This document shows positions 39,835 to 48,978 of a stretch of DNA of 64,000 nt, one piece after another. The DNA lies in contig CAWEQH010000010.1 in the NCBI GenBank assembly GCA_963811165.1, positions 160,001-224,000 of the forward strand. The letters are read 5' to 3'. Position 1 is the first letter of the stretch. Each line of letters opens with the position of its first letter. The stretch is from an uncultured Nitrospiraceae bacterium (GTDB taxonomy: Bacteria > Nitrospirota > Thermodesulfovibrionia > Thermodesulfovibrionales > UBA6898). The notes under the pieces are model-generated. The model saw nothing but the letters and a program-made list of their open reading frames with translations. It did not search any database and had not been told where the DNA came from. A program made the position numbers and the translations under genes.

Positions 39835-40566
39835 ATGATTCTTGGAGTTAATGTCGACCATGTAGCGACGTTGAGACAGGCGAGGCTCGGGAGAGAACCC
39901 GAGCCGGTCATGGCGGCCACGCTGGCCATACTAGGCGGCGCCGACGGAATTACCGTGCACCTCAGGGAGGACAGAAGGCATATTTGCGACAGGGACCTTG
40001 AGCTATTGAGGAAATTCATTCAGGTCGAACTCAACCTGGAGATGGCTGCCACGAAGGAGATATTGAAAATAGCGGTCAAGACCGGTCCCGACCTTGTTAC
40101 CCTCGTCCCTGAAAAGAGGCAGGAACTCACTACAGAGGGGGGGATCGACGTAAGACGGGGCAGGTCCGTTATCAGGCAGGCGGTGAAGGTCCTTCACGAC
40201 AGCGGCATCAGCGTCAGTCTCTTTATCAACCCTGATCCCCAGGACGTCATGATCTCCAAAGAGATCGGGGCCGACATGGTCGAAATACATACCGGGGGCT
40301 ATTCGGACGGGAAAGGCAGGAAGCAGGAAAGAGAACTGGCGAGGGTCATCAGCGCTGTGCAAAAGGCCGGGGATATCGGTCTTAAGGCAAATGCCGGCCA
40401 CGGTCTCAATTATTATAACGTCTCGAGGGTTGCGGAGCTGGAAGGCCTCAGAGGGCTTTATATCGGGCATAGCATTATTTCCAGGGCCGTGCTTGTCGGT
40501 CTTGAAAGGGCCGTAAGAGAGATGAAGGAATTGATTAACAGGGCCGAAGCGAAAGACAAGAAGTGA
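39835..40566 (+). CDS. pdxJ: Pyridoxine 5'-phosphate synthase
   Basis: LGVNVDHVATLRQAR, HLREDRRHI, TTEGG, AGHGLNY. Confidence 0.98.
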   Translation: MILGVNVDHVATLRQARLGREPEPVMAATLAILGGADGITVHLREDRRHICDRDLELLRKFIQVELNLEMAATKEILKIAVKTGPDLVTLVPEKRQELTTEGGIDVRRGRSVIRQAVKVLHDSGISVSLFINPDPQDVMISKEIGADMVEIHTGGYSDGKGRKQERELARVISAVQKAGDIGLKANAGHGLNYYNVSRVAELEGLRGLYIGHSIISRAVLVGLERAVREMKELINRAEAKDKK

Positions 40567-40603
40567 ATAGTACACAGTAAGATGTGAAACGTGAAAAGTG
40601 ATG
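40562..40603 (+). repeat. Degenerate 7-bp tandem repeat (NGTGAAA-like x6)
   Basis: AGTGAAT AGTACAC AGTAAGA TGTGAAA CGTGAAA AGTGATG fills the pdxJ-acpS gap. Confidence 0.6.
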
Positions 40604-40607
40604 ACTT

Positions 40608-40979
40608 ATGATATATGGAATCGGCATAGACATGGTGAAGATCGAGAGGATGAAGGGCGCTGTGGAGCGGTGGGGAGACAGATTTCTCCGCAGGGTATTT
40701 ACCGAAAATGAAATTGCCTATTCCTACGAAAAAAAAGAGCCTTTCCTTTCTCTCTCCGTGAGGTTTGCGGCGAAGGAGGCGTTCATCAAGGCGATCGGAT
40801 CTGAAATTCCCGTGGCGCTGACCGATATAGAGGTAATGAATTACGGCAGCGGGCGGCCTTTTATCGAGGTCAGGGGCCGGCTCAGAACTTTTTTTAAAGA
40901 GAAATCGATCAGATGCGCCCATCTGAGTATGAGCCATGAGCGTGAATACGGCGTCGCCTGCGTCATAGTAGAGCAATAA
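40608..40979 (+). CDS. acpS: Holo-ACP synthase
   Basis: GIGID, RFAAKEAFIKA, SMSHE. Confidence 0.96.
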   Translation: MIYGIGIDMVKIERMKGAVERWGDRFLRRVFTENEIAYSYEKKEPFLSLSVRFAAKEAFIKAIGSEIPVALTDIEVMNYGSGRPFIEVRGRLRTFFKEKSIRCAHLSMSHEREYGVACVIVEQ

Positions 40980-41002
40980 TAATCCGGTTGCAAGGGGGAA
41001 CA

Positions 41003-42553
41003 ATGAAGGTCGTAACCGCCGACGCGATGCGGGGCATAGACAGAGTGACCATTGATGAGTACGGGGTGACTTCTTCAGCCCTTATGGAGAGGGCCGGGCT
41101 GGCAGTGGCCGAAAAGATACGGGACATTTTCGAAAAAAGAAAGGTCATCGTCCTGTCAGGGGGCGGCAACAACGGGGGGGACGGCATCGTTGCGGCAAGA
41201 AACCTCTTTAACTGGGGCTGGAACGTCAAGGTCTTTCTCCTTGTTCCCGAGAATAAACTGAGCGCCGATTGCCGTGCGCAATACAAGACGGCAAAAAAAA
41301 TGAAAGTCCCCATCGAATTCAGGACCGGTATAAGCAGACCGGACCTTCATAGCGCCCTGGTGGTCGACGCGATTTTCGGTACGGGCATCAGCAACCCGGT
41401 CAGGCCACCTATATCGGACATCATCTTTTTCCTCAACAGGTCGGAAGCGCCGGTGCTGTCGGTGGACCTGCCTTCCGGCATCTCTTCGGATAATGGGCGG
41501 ATAATGGGCGAGGCGGTGCGGGCGGACTATACGGTAACGTTCGGCCTGCCTAAGGTCGGGCACCTTCTTTATCCGGGCGCTGAATATACGGGAAAATTAT
41601 GTATCGAGGATATCGGGTTCCCCGGAGGGCTTCTTACGGCCGAGTCCTTATATATCGAGACCATCGAAAAGACCGATGCGGCGTTGCTGGTACCGGCAAG
41701 ACCGGCGGATTCGCATAAGGGTGATTATGGGCGCGTGCTGATCGTTGCGGGGTCAAGAGGAAGGACAGGCGCAGCGCTTATGGCTGCGAAGGCCTGCCTG
41801 AGGGCGGGTGCGGGACTGGTTACGATTGGCGTCCCGGAGACGCTTGCCAATGTTTATCAGTCCAGGGTCATGGAGGAGATGGTCCTTCCTCTTCCTGATA
41901 ACGGAAACGGCAGTCTCTCGGTCGAGGCCGCCAAAGAGATCCTGGGCTTTATTTCCCGGGGGGCGGATGTCCTTGCGATAGGTCCCGGCATAGGCATTTC
42001 ATCCGATGTCACGAAGATCATGCGGGAACTTATCGCAAACTCTACAGCCCCGACGGTGATCGACGCCGACGGGATTAACTCGATACATGGCGATGCGGGT
42101 ATTTTCAGGAAGGCAAAGTCACCTGTAATACTCACTCCCCATGCGGGAGAGATGGCGAGGCTGATGAAGCGGGATGATCAGGACGGCTCAGCGGAGCCGG
42201 CCGCGATAGAGGCCGACAGGGTCGCGATATCGCTTTCTTATTCGAAGAAGACCGGGACATACCTTGTTTTGAAGGGCGCCCCGACGGTCATAGCCGAGCC
42301 CGGGGGAAAGGTATTTATCAATACTACCGGAAATCCCGGCATGGCAACAGCAGGCGCGGGAGATGTATTGACCGGCATGGTGGCGGCATTTCTCGGCCAG
42401 GGGTCTAGTCCTCTTGATGCATCTGTCCTGGGCACTTATCTCCATGGTCTTGCCGGGGACATAGCGGCCTTTCAAAAGGGGATGCATTCGATGATCGCAA
42501 CCGACATCATAGACTACCTGCCCAATGCATTCGCGGCGTTAAAGAAAGAGTAA
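41003..42553 (+). CDS. nnr: Bifunctional NAD(P)HX epimerase/dehydratase
   Basis: LMERAG, GNNGGDG, DLPSG, HKGDYG, TPHAGE, AGAGDVLTG. Confidence 0.95.
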   Translation: MKVVTADAMRGIDRVTIDEYGVTSSALMERAGLAVAEKIRDIFEKRKVIVLSGGGNNGGDGIVAARNLFNWGWNVKVFLLVPENKLSADCRAQYKTAKKMKVPIEFRTGISRPDLHSALVVDAIFGTGISNPVRPPISDIIFFLNRSEAPVLSVDLPSGISSDNGRIMGEAVRADYTVTFGLPKVGHLLYPGAEYTGKLCIEDIGFPGGLLTAESLYIETIEKTDAALLVPARPADSHKGDYGRVLIVAGSRGRTGAALMAAKACLRAGAGLVTIGVPETLANVYQSRVMEEMVLPLPDNGNGSLSVEAAKEILGFISRGADVLAIGPGIGISSDVTKIMRELIANSTAPTVIDADGINSIHGDAGIFRKAKSPVILTPHAGEMARLMKRDDQDGSAEPAAIEADRVAISLSYSKKTGTYLVLKGAPTVIAEPGGKVFINTTGNPGMATAGAGDVLTGMVAAFLGQGSSPLDASVLGTYLHGLAGDIAAFQKGMHSMIATDIIDYLPNAFAALKKE

Positions 42554-42556
42554 CTC

Positions 42557-43234
42557 TTGCAGAGACTCATATTCCCTGAGATATTGAGGGGCCGTGTAAC
42601 TGCCTTTTTTACTGGCAAAGATCCCGGGGCTGATCTTGGTGAGGTCGCCCAAATGCTCGGGGTTACAAAAGAGGATATCTATCTGCCCATCCAAAAACAT
42701 ACCGACAAGATCGTCCTTCTTGAGTCCTCCCGTGAGACGAAGATCGCCGACGCCGTCGTTACAAAAGAACCCGGCGTATTGATCGGGGTCCGGACGGCCG
42801 ATTGCGTGCCTGTTCTCATCTATGAAAAAGAAAAGGGCATCATTGGCGCGGTGCATGCCGGATGGAGGGGGACCGCAGCCGGCATTTTGAAAAAAACGCT
42901 CGAAATGATCATGCGAAGATATGTCTGCGGTCCAGGAGGTTTTTATGTCGCCATCGGTCCGAGTATAAAGGGCTGCAGCTACGAGGTAGATCATGAGGTC
43001 TATGACGCGGTTAAAAAGGGGGCCGGTGAGGGTGCTTATTACACAAAAAAAGGAGAGAAATATTTTCTCGATCTTCCTTCCGCCAATAAATATCAGACAT
43101 TGTCTCTAGGAATTCCCGAACCCAATATATGGGTTTCGGATGAATGTACTTACTGTAATCCTGATAGGTTTTATTCCTACCGTTACTCCCGGGGTTCCAC
43201 CGGCAGACAGGCCGCGTTCATCGGGAAGTTGTGA
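42557..43234 (+). CDS. pgeF: Peptidoglycan editing factor/YfiH family protein
   Basis: Q.H, TADCVP, HAGWRG, GPSI, FYSYR. Confidence 0.9.
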   Translation: MQRLIFPEILRGRVTAFFTGKDPGADLGEVAQMLGVTKEDIYLPIQKHTDKIVLLESSRETKIADAVVTKEPGVLIGVRTADCVPVLIYEKEKGIIGAVHAGWRGTAAGILKKTLEMIMRRYVCGPGGFYVAIGPSIKGCSYEVDHEVYDAVKKGAGEGAYYTKKGEKYFLDLPSANKYQTLSLGIPEPNIWVSDECTYCNPDRFYSYRYSRGSTGRQAAFIGKL

Positions 43235-43475
43235 TATCAGTTCATCCTGGATGGCACAACGTAACCCCAGAATGTAATTGATGCAGAAACATGCTCCAAA
43301 AAATTTTATAATGTCGCAACTTGCTGTTTACGTTATCAGACCTTCTTAGTTGAGCAAGATGCTTATTCGGATATCAGCGCCCCCACAAAGGTGGCGCAGA
43401 TAAAGTTTTTTTCCGCACGTCTCTGCATTCCTTGTCCTAGTGGTGTTTATAGAGGGAAACGCTTCCGTACGGACA

Positions 43476-43603
43476 TGCATGAGGACGGCATCTGAGCGGT
43501 TTCAGCGGCGCGCATTGCATCACCCGTCGGTGATGTGCGCCGGTGCCTCGGAGGTCCGGAGCTTCGACGGGCCGAGAATGAGCGATGACGCTGTCCTCAT
43601 GCA
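43476..43603 (+). repeat. Copy D of the unassigned structured intergenic element
   Basis: 14-bp closing stem 43476-43489/43590-43603, GAGCGG 43494-43499, CCTCGGAGG 43546-43554, AATGAGCGA 43577-43585. Confidence 0.75.
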
Positions 43604-43634
43604 GATATGAGGCGTAAGTATGGCCTTCCTTTGC

Positions 43635-43664
43635 TTGACATTGATTCTTTTATAGTGGTAATTT
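43635..43664 (+). promoter_or_regulatory. Sigma70-type promoter of ileS (leaderless geometry)
   Basis: TTGACA-18 nt-(TGg)TAATTT, 7 nt before the ATG. Confidence 0.65.
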
Positions 43665-43671
43665 GTAGCTT

Positions 43672-46476
43672 ATGGCTAAAGATTATAAAGATACACTTAA
43701 TCTTCCACAGACTGATTTTCCGATGAAGGCGAACCTTTCGCAGAGGGAGCCGGAGATGCTGAAAAATTGGGATCAGAAGAAGATCTATCAAAAGATGCTG
43801 GAGGTCAACAAGAGCAGGTCCGACAGAAAGTATATCCTTCATGACGGGCCTCCTTACGCAAACGGGCATATCCATATGGGCCATGCCTTAAACAAGATAC
43901 TCAAAGACATAATCGTCAAATACAACTCCATGAAGGGCTTTTACGCCCCTTATGTGCCGGGATGGGATTGTCATGGTCTTCCGATCGAGCTTCAGGTCGA
44001 CAAGGACCTGGGCGAAAAAAAGGACAAGATAACCATTCTCGAAAAGAGGAACCTTTGCAGAGAGTATGCGTCTAAGTTCGTTGATATCCAGCGTGAGGAA
44101 TTCAGGAGGCTTGGCGTGTTCGGGGACTGGGAAAGACCCTACCTTACGATGACGTATGGTTACGAAAGCTCCATAGTGAGGGAGTTCTTTAAGTTCGTAA
44201 AGAGCAAATCCGTATATAAAGGGAAAAAGCCCGTCCATTGGTGCCCCTCCTGTGTGACCGCGCTGGCCGAAGCAGAGGTTGAATATGCAGATAAAGAGTC
44301 GCCTTCCGTCTATGTAAAGTTCGGCATCGACGAAGAAAATCTCTCAAAATACCTTCCCTCTCTGAAAGGGAAAAAAGTATTTGTCATCATCTGGACCACC
44401 ACCCCCTGGACGCTCCCTGCAAACCTCGCGATAGCCTTCCATCCCGATTATGAGTATGCTGCCGTGGCTCAAGGCGACGAGGTATTCGTTGTCGCCGAAG
44501 GCAGGATAGAGGCGCTCAGGGAGAAAATAGGCATCGGAACCGAGATCATTGTGAAGGTGCCAGGGAAATCCCTTGAAGGGATGCTTGCGGACCATCCTTT
44601 TATTGAAAGGAAATCGAAGGCGGTCCTGGCGGAATTTGTCTCTTTGGATGATGGCACCGGTATCGTCCATATAGCGCCGGGCCATGGTGAGGACGACTAT
44701 GAGGTGGGACTTAAATACGGCCTCGATATCTATGCTCCTGTCGATGACAGGGGCAAGTTTACGAAGCAGGCAGGGGACCTCGAGGGCCAGTTTGTCTTTA
44801 AGGCCAATGCGGTGATTATAGAGACACTGAAAAACAAAAACGCGCTTGTCAGGGAAGAGAAGATCACTCATTCCTATCCGCACTGCTGGCGGTGCAAAAA
44901 GGCGGTCATATTCCGCGCCACCGAACAGTGGTTCATCTCGGTCGAGTTTAACGACCTCAGAAAGAGATGTCTCGATGAGGTGGATAAAGTTTCGTGGGTT
45001 CCTAAGTGGGGCAGGGAGAGGATTTACGGTATGCTTCTTAACAGGCCGGATTGGTGCATCTCGAGGCAGAGGAGCTGGGGCGTACCGATCACTATGATAC
45101 GCTGTGCCGGGTGCGGCAGCTTTGTCGAGGACGAAGAGGTCCTTGAGGGTATCACGTCCCTTGTGGAAAAACACGGTGCGGATGTCTGGTTCACAAAAGA
45201 TGCGGCGGACTTTCTGCCTCAGGGATACGGCTGCAGGAAGTGCGGCAAAAAAGATTTTACGAAGGAGATGGACATCCTCGACGTATGGTTCGACTCGGGT
45301 GTCAGCCATGCGGCGGTGGTTGAAAGTGACGATCGTCTTTCATGGCCGGCCGACATGTATCTTGAGGGCAGCGACCAGCACAGGGGGTGGTTTCAGAGTT
45401 CTCTGCTCACTTCCGTCGGCGCCCGGGGCAGTGCTCCCTATCGCACCGTTCTTACGCACGGTTTTGTCGTAGACGGCGCGGGAAAGAAGATGTCCAAATC
45501 CCTTGGGAATGTCATTGCGCCCCAGGAGATCATTAAGGGCTTCGGCGCCGAGATCCTGCGCATATGGGTATCTGCAGAGGACTATAAAGACGATATAAGG
45601 ATTTCGAAGGAGATCCTAAACAGACTGACAGAGGCATACAGGAAGATCAGAAACACCTGCAGGTTCCTCCTCGGGAACCTCCATGATTTCGATCATCGGG
45701 ATTATAGCGGCAATCTTCAGGAGATCGACAGATGGGCGATGAGCAGGCTCCAAAACCTCACGGCGAGGGTCACGCGGGCATATGAGAACTTCGATTTTCA
45801 TGAGGTCTTCCATTCTATTCACAACTTCTGCGTTGTGGACATGAGTTCCTTCTATCTCGATGTGCTTAAAGACCGGCTCTATACGGCAAAGACCGATTCT
45901 GCCGAGCGAAGGGCGAGTCAGTGGGTCCTGTCCGAGATACTCTCGACTTTGACGGGGATTATGGCCCCCGTGCTATCCTTTACCGCCGAAGAAGTATGGG
46001 GATATATAAAGAGTGAAAAGTTAAAAGTGAAAAGTGAAGAGGCAGAGTCTGTATTCCTGTCTGCTTTTCCGGAGGTCAACGAGAAGTTCCTCGATAATGC
46101 GCTCGAAGAAAAATGGAAGGACCTTCTCGATCTTCGTAACGAGATCAATAAGGCGCTTGAGATCAAGAGGGCCGAGAAGTTTATAGGCAACCCGCTTGAG
46201 GCGAAGATAAAGATATATCTTCCGGAAAAATACAGGGACTTAGTATCTTCCTACCTGGATTTTCTTCCTGCGCTGCTTCTTGTCTCAACGGCTGAAATCA
46301 GCGGAGAGAAATTGCCGGGGGCTTATGAAAGCGCCAATATCGAAGGTCTCCAGGTGCTTGTCGAAAGGGCCCAGGGCGAAAAATGCCAGAGGTGCTGGAA
46401 CTGGTCCACGAAGGTCGGTACCTTTACCGATGAGCCCGAACTCTGCGAGCGATGCTATCCGGTAGTAAAAGGGTAG
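43672..46476 (+). CDS. ileS: Isoleucine--tRNA ligase (type 1)
   Basis: PPYANGHIHMGH, WTTTPWTLP, GSDQHRGWF, KMSKS, C-terminal Zn finger CQRCW...CERC. Confidence 0.99.
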   Translation: MAKDYKDTLNLPQTDFPMKANLSQREPEMLKNWDQKKIYQKMLEVNKSRSDRKYILHDGPPYANGHIHMGHALNKILKDIIVKYNSMKGFYAPYVPGWDCHGLPIELQVDKDLGEKKDKITILEKRNLCREYASKFVDIQREEFRRLGVFGDWERPYLTMTYGYESSIVREFFKFVKSKSVYKGKKPVHWCPSCVTALAEAEVEYADKESPSVYVKFGIDEENLSKYLPSLKGKKVFVIIWTTTPWTLPANLAIAFHPDYEYAAVAQGDEVFVVAEGRIEALREKIGIGTEIIVKVPGKSLEGMLADHPFIERKSKAVLAEFVSLDDGTGIVHIAPGHGEDDYEVGLKYGLDIYAPVDDRGKFTKQAGDLEGQFVFKANAVIIETLKNKNALVREEKITHSYPHCWRCKKAVIFRATEQWFISVEFNDLRKRCLDEVDKVSWVPKWGRERIYGMLLNRPDWCISRQRSWGVPITMIRCAGCGSFVEDEEVLEGITSLVEKHGADVWFTKDAADFLPQGYGCRKCGKKDFTKEMDILDVWFDSGVSHAAVVESDDRLSWPADMYLEGSDQHRGWFQSSLLTSVGARGSAPYRTVLTHGFVVDGAGKKMSKSLGNVIAPQEIIKGFGAEILRIWVSAEDYKDDIRISKEILNRLTEAYRKIRNTCRFLLGNLHDFDHRDYSGNLQEIDRWAMSRLQNLTARVTRAYENFDFHEVFHSIHNFCVVDMSSFYLDVLKDRLYTAKTDSAERRASQWVLSEILSTLTGIMAPVLSFTAEEVWGYIKSEKLKVKSEEAESVFLSAFPEVNEKFLDNALEEKWKDLLDLRNEINKALEIKRAEKFIGNPLEAKIKIYLPEKYRDLVSSYLDFLPALLLVSTAEISGEKLPGAYESANIEGLQVLVERAQGEKCQRCWNWSTKVGTFTDEPELCERCYPVVKG

Positions 46477-46500
46477 GGGCACGGCGCGCCGTGCCCCTAC
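46473..46500. repeat. GTAG-type REP palindrome overlapping the ileS stop codon
   Basis: GTAGGGGCACGGCGCGCCGTGCCCCTAC, a perfect palindrome. Confidence 0.8.
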
Positions 46501-46520
46501 ATTATAAAAAATTGTAACGC

Positions 46521-46588
46521 GTCATTCCGGCTTGCCCGCCCGCAGTTTTTTGGAGGGTCCGGTCTACGCCTGGTAGAGAATCCTTCTT
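46521..46588. repeat. GTCATTCCGGCTTG-type REP with two nested short palindromes
   Basis: GTCATTCCGGCTTG [CCCGCCCGCAGTTTTTTGGAGGG] TCCG [GTCTACGCCTGGTAGA] GAATCC. The first 14 nt are identical to the IS110 target. Confidence 0.65.
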
Positions 46589-46766
46589 CAAAGGCAGGTT
46601 TTCATCTATGAAAAACCGCAGCGCCTGCTTTGTTGTTCACTTATAATCTTCTTGTAACCAAATCAACCGGTTTTTTATGGTTCCTGCGAGTTCGATGAAA
46701 GGAATTGCGCAGCCTTGTCCAATAATGGCATAATGATTTTACAGTTTTGAATGGCAGGAGGTACTG

Positions 46767-46970
46767 ATGCTTTCGACAAAAAGAAAAACAGATGTCGTGG
46801 CTTTTCCTCTCAGTGTTTTCGAAACGGCTGACACAAAAGAGGATCTGGAAGACTGGCTGTTATCGCAGAATCCGGAGTTCATCAAGAAAATGAGAAGGGC
46901 GAGGCGGGAGGATATTCAGGGTAAAGGAAAGGATTGGCGATCTCTCAAAAAGGAGCTATGTATAAAGTAA
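46767..46970 (+). CDS. Putative type II antitoxin
   Basis: 67 aa, EDWLLSQNPEFIKKMRRAREDIQGKGKDW..LKKEL, overlapping the downstream RelE-like gene. Confidence 0.75.
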   Translation: MLSTKRKTDVVAFPLSVFETADTKEDLEDWLLSQNPEFIKKMRRARREDIQGKGKDWRSLKKELCIK

Positions 46971-47239
46971 CCCTTCTGCCTGATGCTGAAGAATCTTTCA
47001 AGAAACTCGATAAGTCTGTTCAATTACGGGTAGCTGAAAAGATTGATTGGCTTTCTGAGAATGCAGACAAGGTTATTCATCATCCTTTGACTTCCTTGCC
47101 TGATGATTTGAAGGGCTTGTGCAGAATGAGAGTGGGCGATTACAGGATAATTTATTGGATTTATACTGCCAGGGAACACGTAAAGATTTATGATATTGAA
47201 CACAGGGGTAAGAGTTACAAATCTATAAGAAGTCGGTAG
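46958..47239 (+). CDS. relE: RelE/ParE-family toxin
   Basis: MYKV.L...A...KKLDK, RMRVGDYRIIY, IEHR; SD AGGAG. Confidence 0.88.
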   Translation: MYKVTLLPDAEESFKKLDKSVQLRVAEKIDWLSENADKVIHHPLTSLPDDLKGLCRMRVGDYRIIYWIYTAREHVKIYDIEHRGKSYKSIRSR

Positions 47240-47273
47240 CATAGAAGTTTCTTAGTGCTTTGCCCTTCTTTCT

Positions 47274-47552
47274 TCATTTCAAATCCCCGCACAGGCGGGT
47301 TTGCTCGCCCGAGCGAGTCGCCCGAGGAGACCGAGTCAGGTGTTCCTCTGAAAGAGTTTCTGCGGCGTACGCAAGGGCTGCCCGGACATCTTCTTCTTTA
47401 ATCCTGTATTCCTTACAAATATCGGCCGTAGTCATCCCGCCGGCCAGTCCTCCGACAATTATTTCAATCGGCACGCGGGTGCCTTTTATCACGGGCTTCC
47501 CTCCCATTATGCCGGGATTAATCTCTATCCTTCTTTTCCAAGTAACAGCCAT
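47274..47552 (-). CDS. DUF433 family protein
   Basis: RIEINPGIMGGKPVIKGTRVP...EDVRAALAYA. Confidence 0.88.
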   Translation of the reverse strand: MAVTWKRRIEINPGIMGGKPVIKGTRVPIEIIVGGLAGGMTTADICKEYRIKEEDVRAALAYAAETLSEEHLTRSPRATRSGEQTRLCGDLK

Positions 47553-47690
47553 GCTCTAAATTAACATAATGAGGGGGGCATTTCAATAGCGCTCTTGCTC
47601 TTGCTGTTGCTGTCTTGCTCTTTGGCCATGTAGCTAAACAGGGTTGTTTCAAGTTTATCGCCTTGTGCTAAAATAGCGGCGCAGACACGG

Positions 47691-48007
47691 TTGCGGGGAA
47701 AAGTAGGGGCAGACCTGCGTGTCTGCCCGGTCGGGAAAGACAACAACGAAACCGGGAAGGGCGAACACACAGGTTCGCCCCTGCAACGTGTTGTTCAATG
47801 GTTTAAAACAATGACCACCAACGAATATTTGCGTGGCATAAAATCGCATGGATGGAGGCTATTCCAGGGTAAATTATGGCAGCGGAATTATTACGAACAC
47901 CTTATCAGAAACGAAAAGGAATTGGCCGGGATCGGCAGTACATAATCAATGACCCGATGAACTGGCATGAAGACGAGAATTACATGGCAGACAACCCCTC
48001 AGCTTAA
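47691..48007 (+). pseudogene. 3' remnant of a REP-associated tyrosine transposase (RAYT/Y1 HUH) gene
   Basis: VVQWFKTMTT...LWQRNYYEHLIRNEKEL, then a frameshift into QYIINDPMNW. No HUH motif upstream. GTAG-REP pair at 47703-47728 and 47759-47784. Confidence 0.85.
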
Positions 48008-48010
48008 AGG

Positions 48011-48724
48011 TTATTTCTTCGGCTTCAGTGTCCTTAATCTTGCGATCTCTTCCTGATATCCGTAGATATGCGCGCCTGCGCTGTAGACGAACATCGGGCC
48101 GTTTTTCAATCCCGTTTCACCTGCTACATAGGCTTTAAGCAGTTCGATCCCGCCGAGGTTTGTCGGAAAGCCCGCCCATAGGTCCCACGAACGGAAGTAG
48201 CACGTCACCGTGAGCGCCAGACCATCACCCCCGGGGACCGCCTTGAAATCCAGGAGGCGCAGACAGGGAGGGTCGAGTTTTCCGTCATTTCCTATGCATA
48301 CGTCGTTGTCTTCAGGCGAGCCGATTTCGACTATCGCCTGGTTCGTTAGAGGGGTCTCTTTGAGCATCGAGATCACCCGTTCGAGTTGTGTGCCCCCTTT
48401 AGGCATCGGATAGTGAATTCTGCTTGCGTACTTGTACGTCTCGTTTTCAGCGAGTTGGGGGTCCATCAAATAATTGGCGAAATAATCTTCTATATACTCT
48501 CTTGTTGTCGGCGCGGGTATGGTCGAGCCGGGAGGCATCACGGGGACCATGTCCTCGCCGGGGTGTTCGATATAGACGGCGATACCCGAATACTGGAGGC
48601 GGTACTGTTCCTTCTCGAAAGACCCCTTCTGAATCTTTTGTTCGTAGGAATTGTCGAATATATTGTAAATCAGCTGGAACCAGGCATCGGATATTGTCTT
48701 TGCCTGAAGGAAAAAAGGGAGCAT
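48011..48724 (-). CDS. thyA: Short archaeal-type thymidylate synthase family protein
   Basis: Y.YASRI, DPPCLR, YFRSWD..AGFP.N, AHIY; 237 aa. Confidence 0.75.
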   Translation of the reverse strand: MLPFFLQAKTISDAWFQLIYNIFDNSYEQKIQKGSFEKEQYRLQYSGIAVYIEHPGEDMVPVMPPGSTIPAPTTREYIEDYFANYLMDPQLAENETYKYASRIHYPMPKGGTQLERVISMLKETPLTNQAIVEIGSPEDNDVCIGNDGKLDPPCLRLLDFKAVPGGDGLALTVTCYFRSWDLWAGFPTNLGGIELLKAYVAGETGLKNGPMFVYSAGAHIYGYQEEIARLRTLKPKK

Positions 48725-48811
48725 AATGTTCTCCTCAACTTTTTGAGGTATTCTAACATCTCACCGCGGTCTATGAAAAGTGAGAAACTTTTTTTAAAAG
48801 AAGGAAAAAAG

Positions 48812-48901
48812 TCACCGCTGAGGCGCTGAGAGACAGAGAGAGGCATTCCGGGCAGTATAAGTAGTTTATTCCCCACTTTTTTCTCTGCGTCTCTGCGGTG
48901 A
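48812..48901. repeat. Inverted pair of TCACCGCAGAGACGCAGAG-type repeats
   Basis: 48812-48830 matches the reverse complement of 48883-48901 at 16/19 positions. Confidence 0.65.
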
Positions 48902-48978
48902 ATATGTCTTGGGTTCGGTTTTTGGCGGAGGGTTTGTTTGCAAAAATTAATGTGGTATAGTACTTACAAGGACACGGC

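Noticed and set aside
43235..43671. T-box riboswitch upstream of ileS
   Set aside because: No T-box consensus or terminator/antiterminator was found, and the apparent promoter abuts the start codon. The structure here belongs to the dispersed element.
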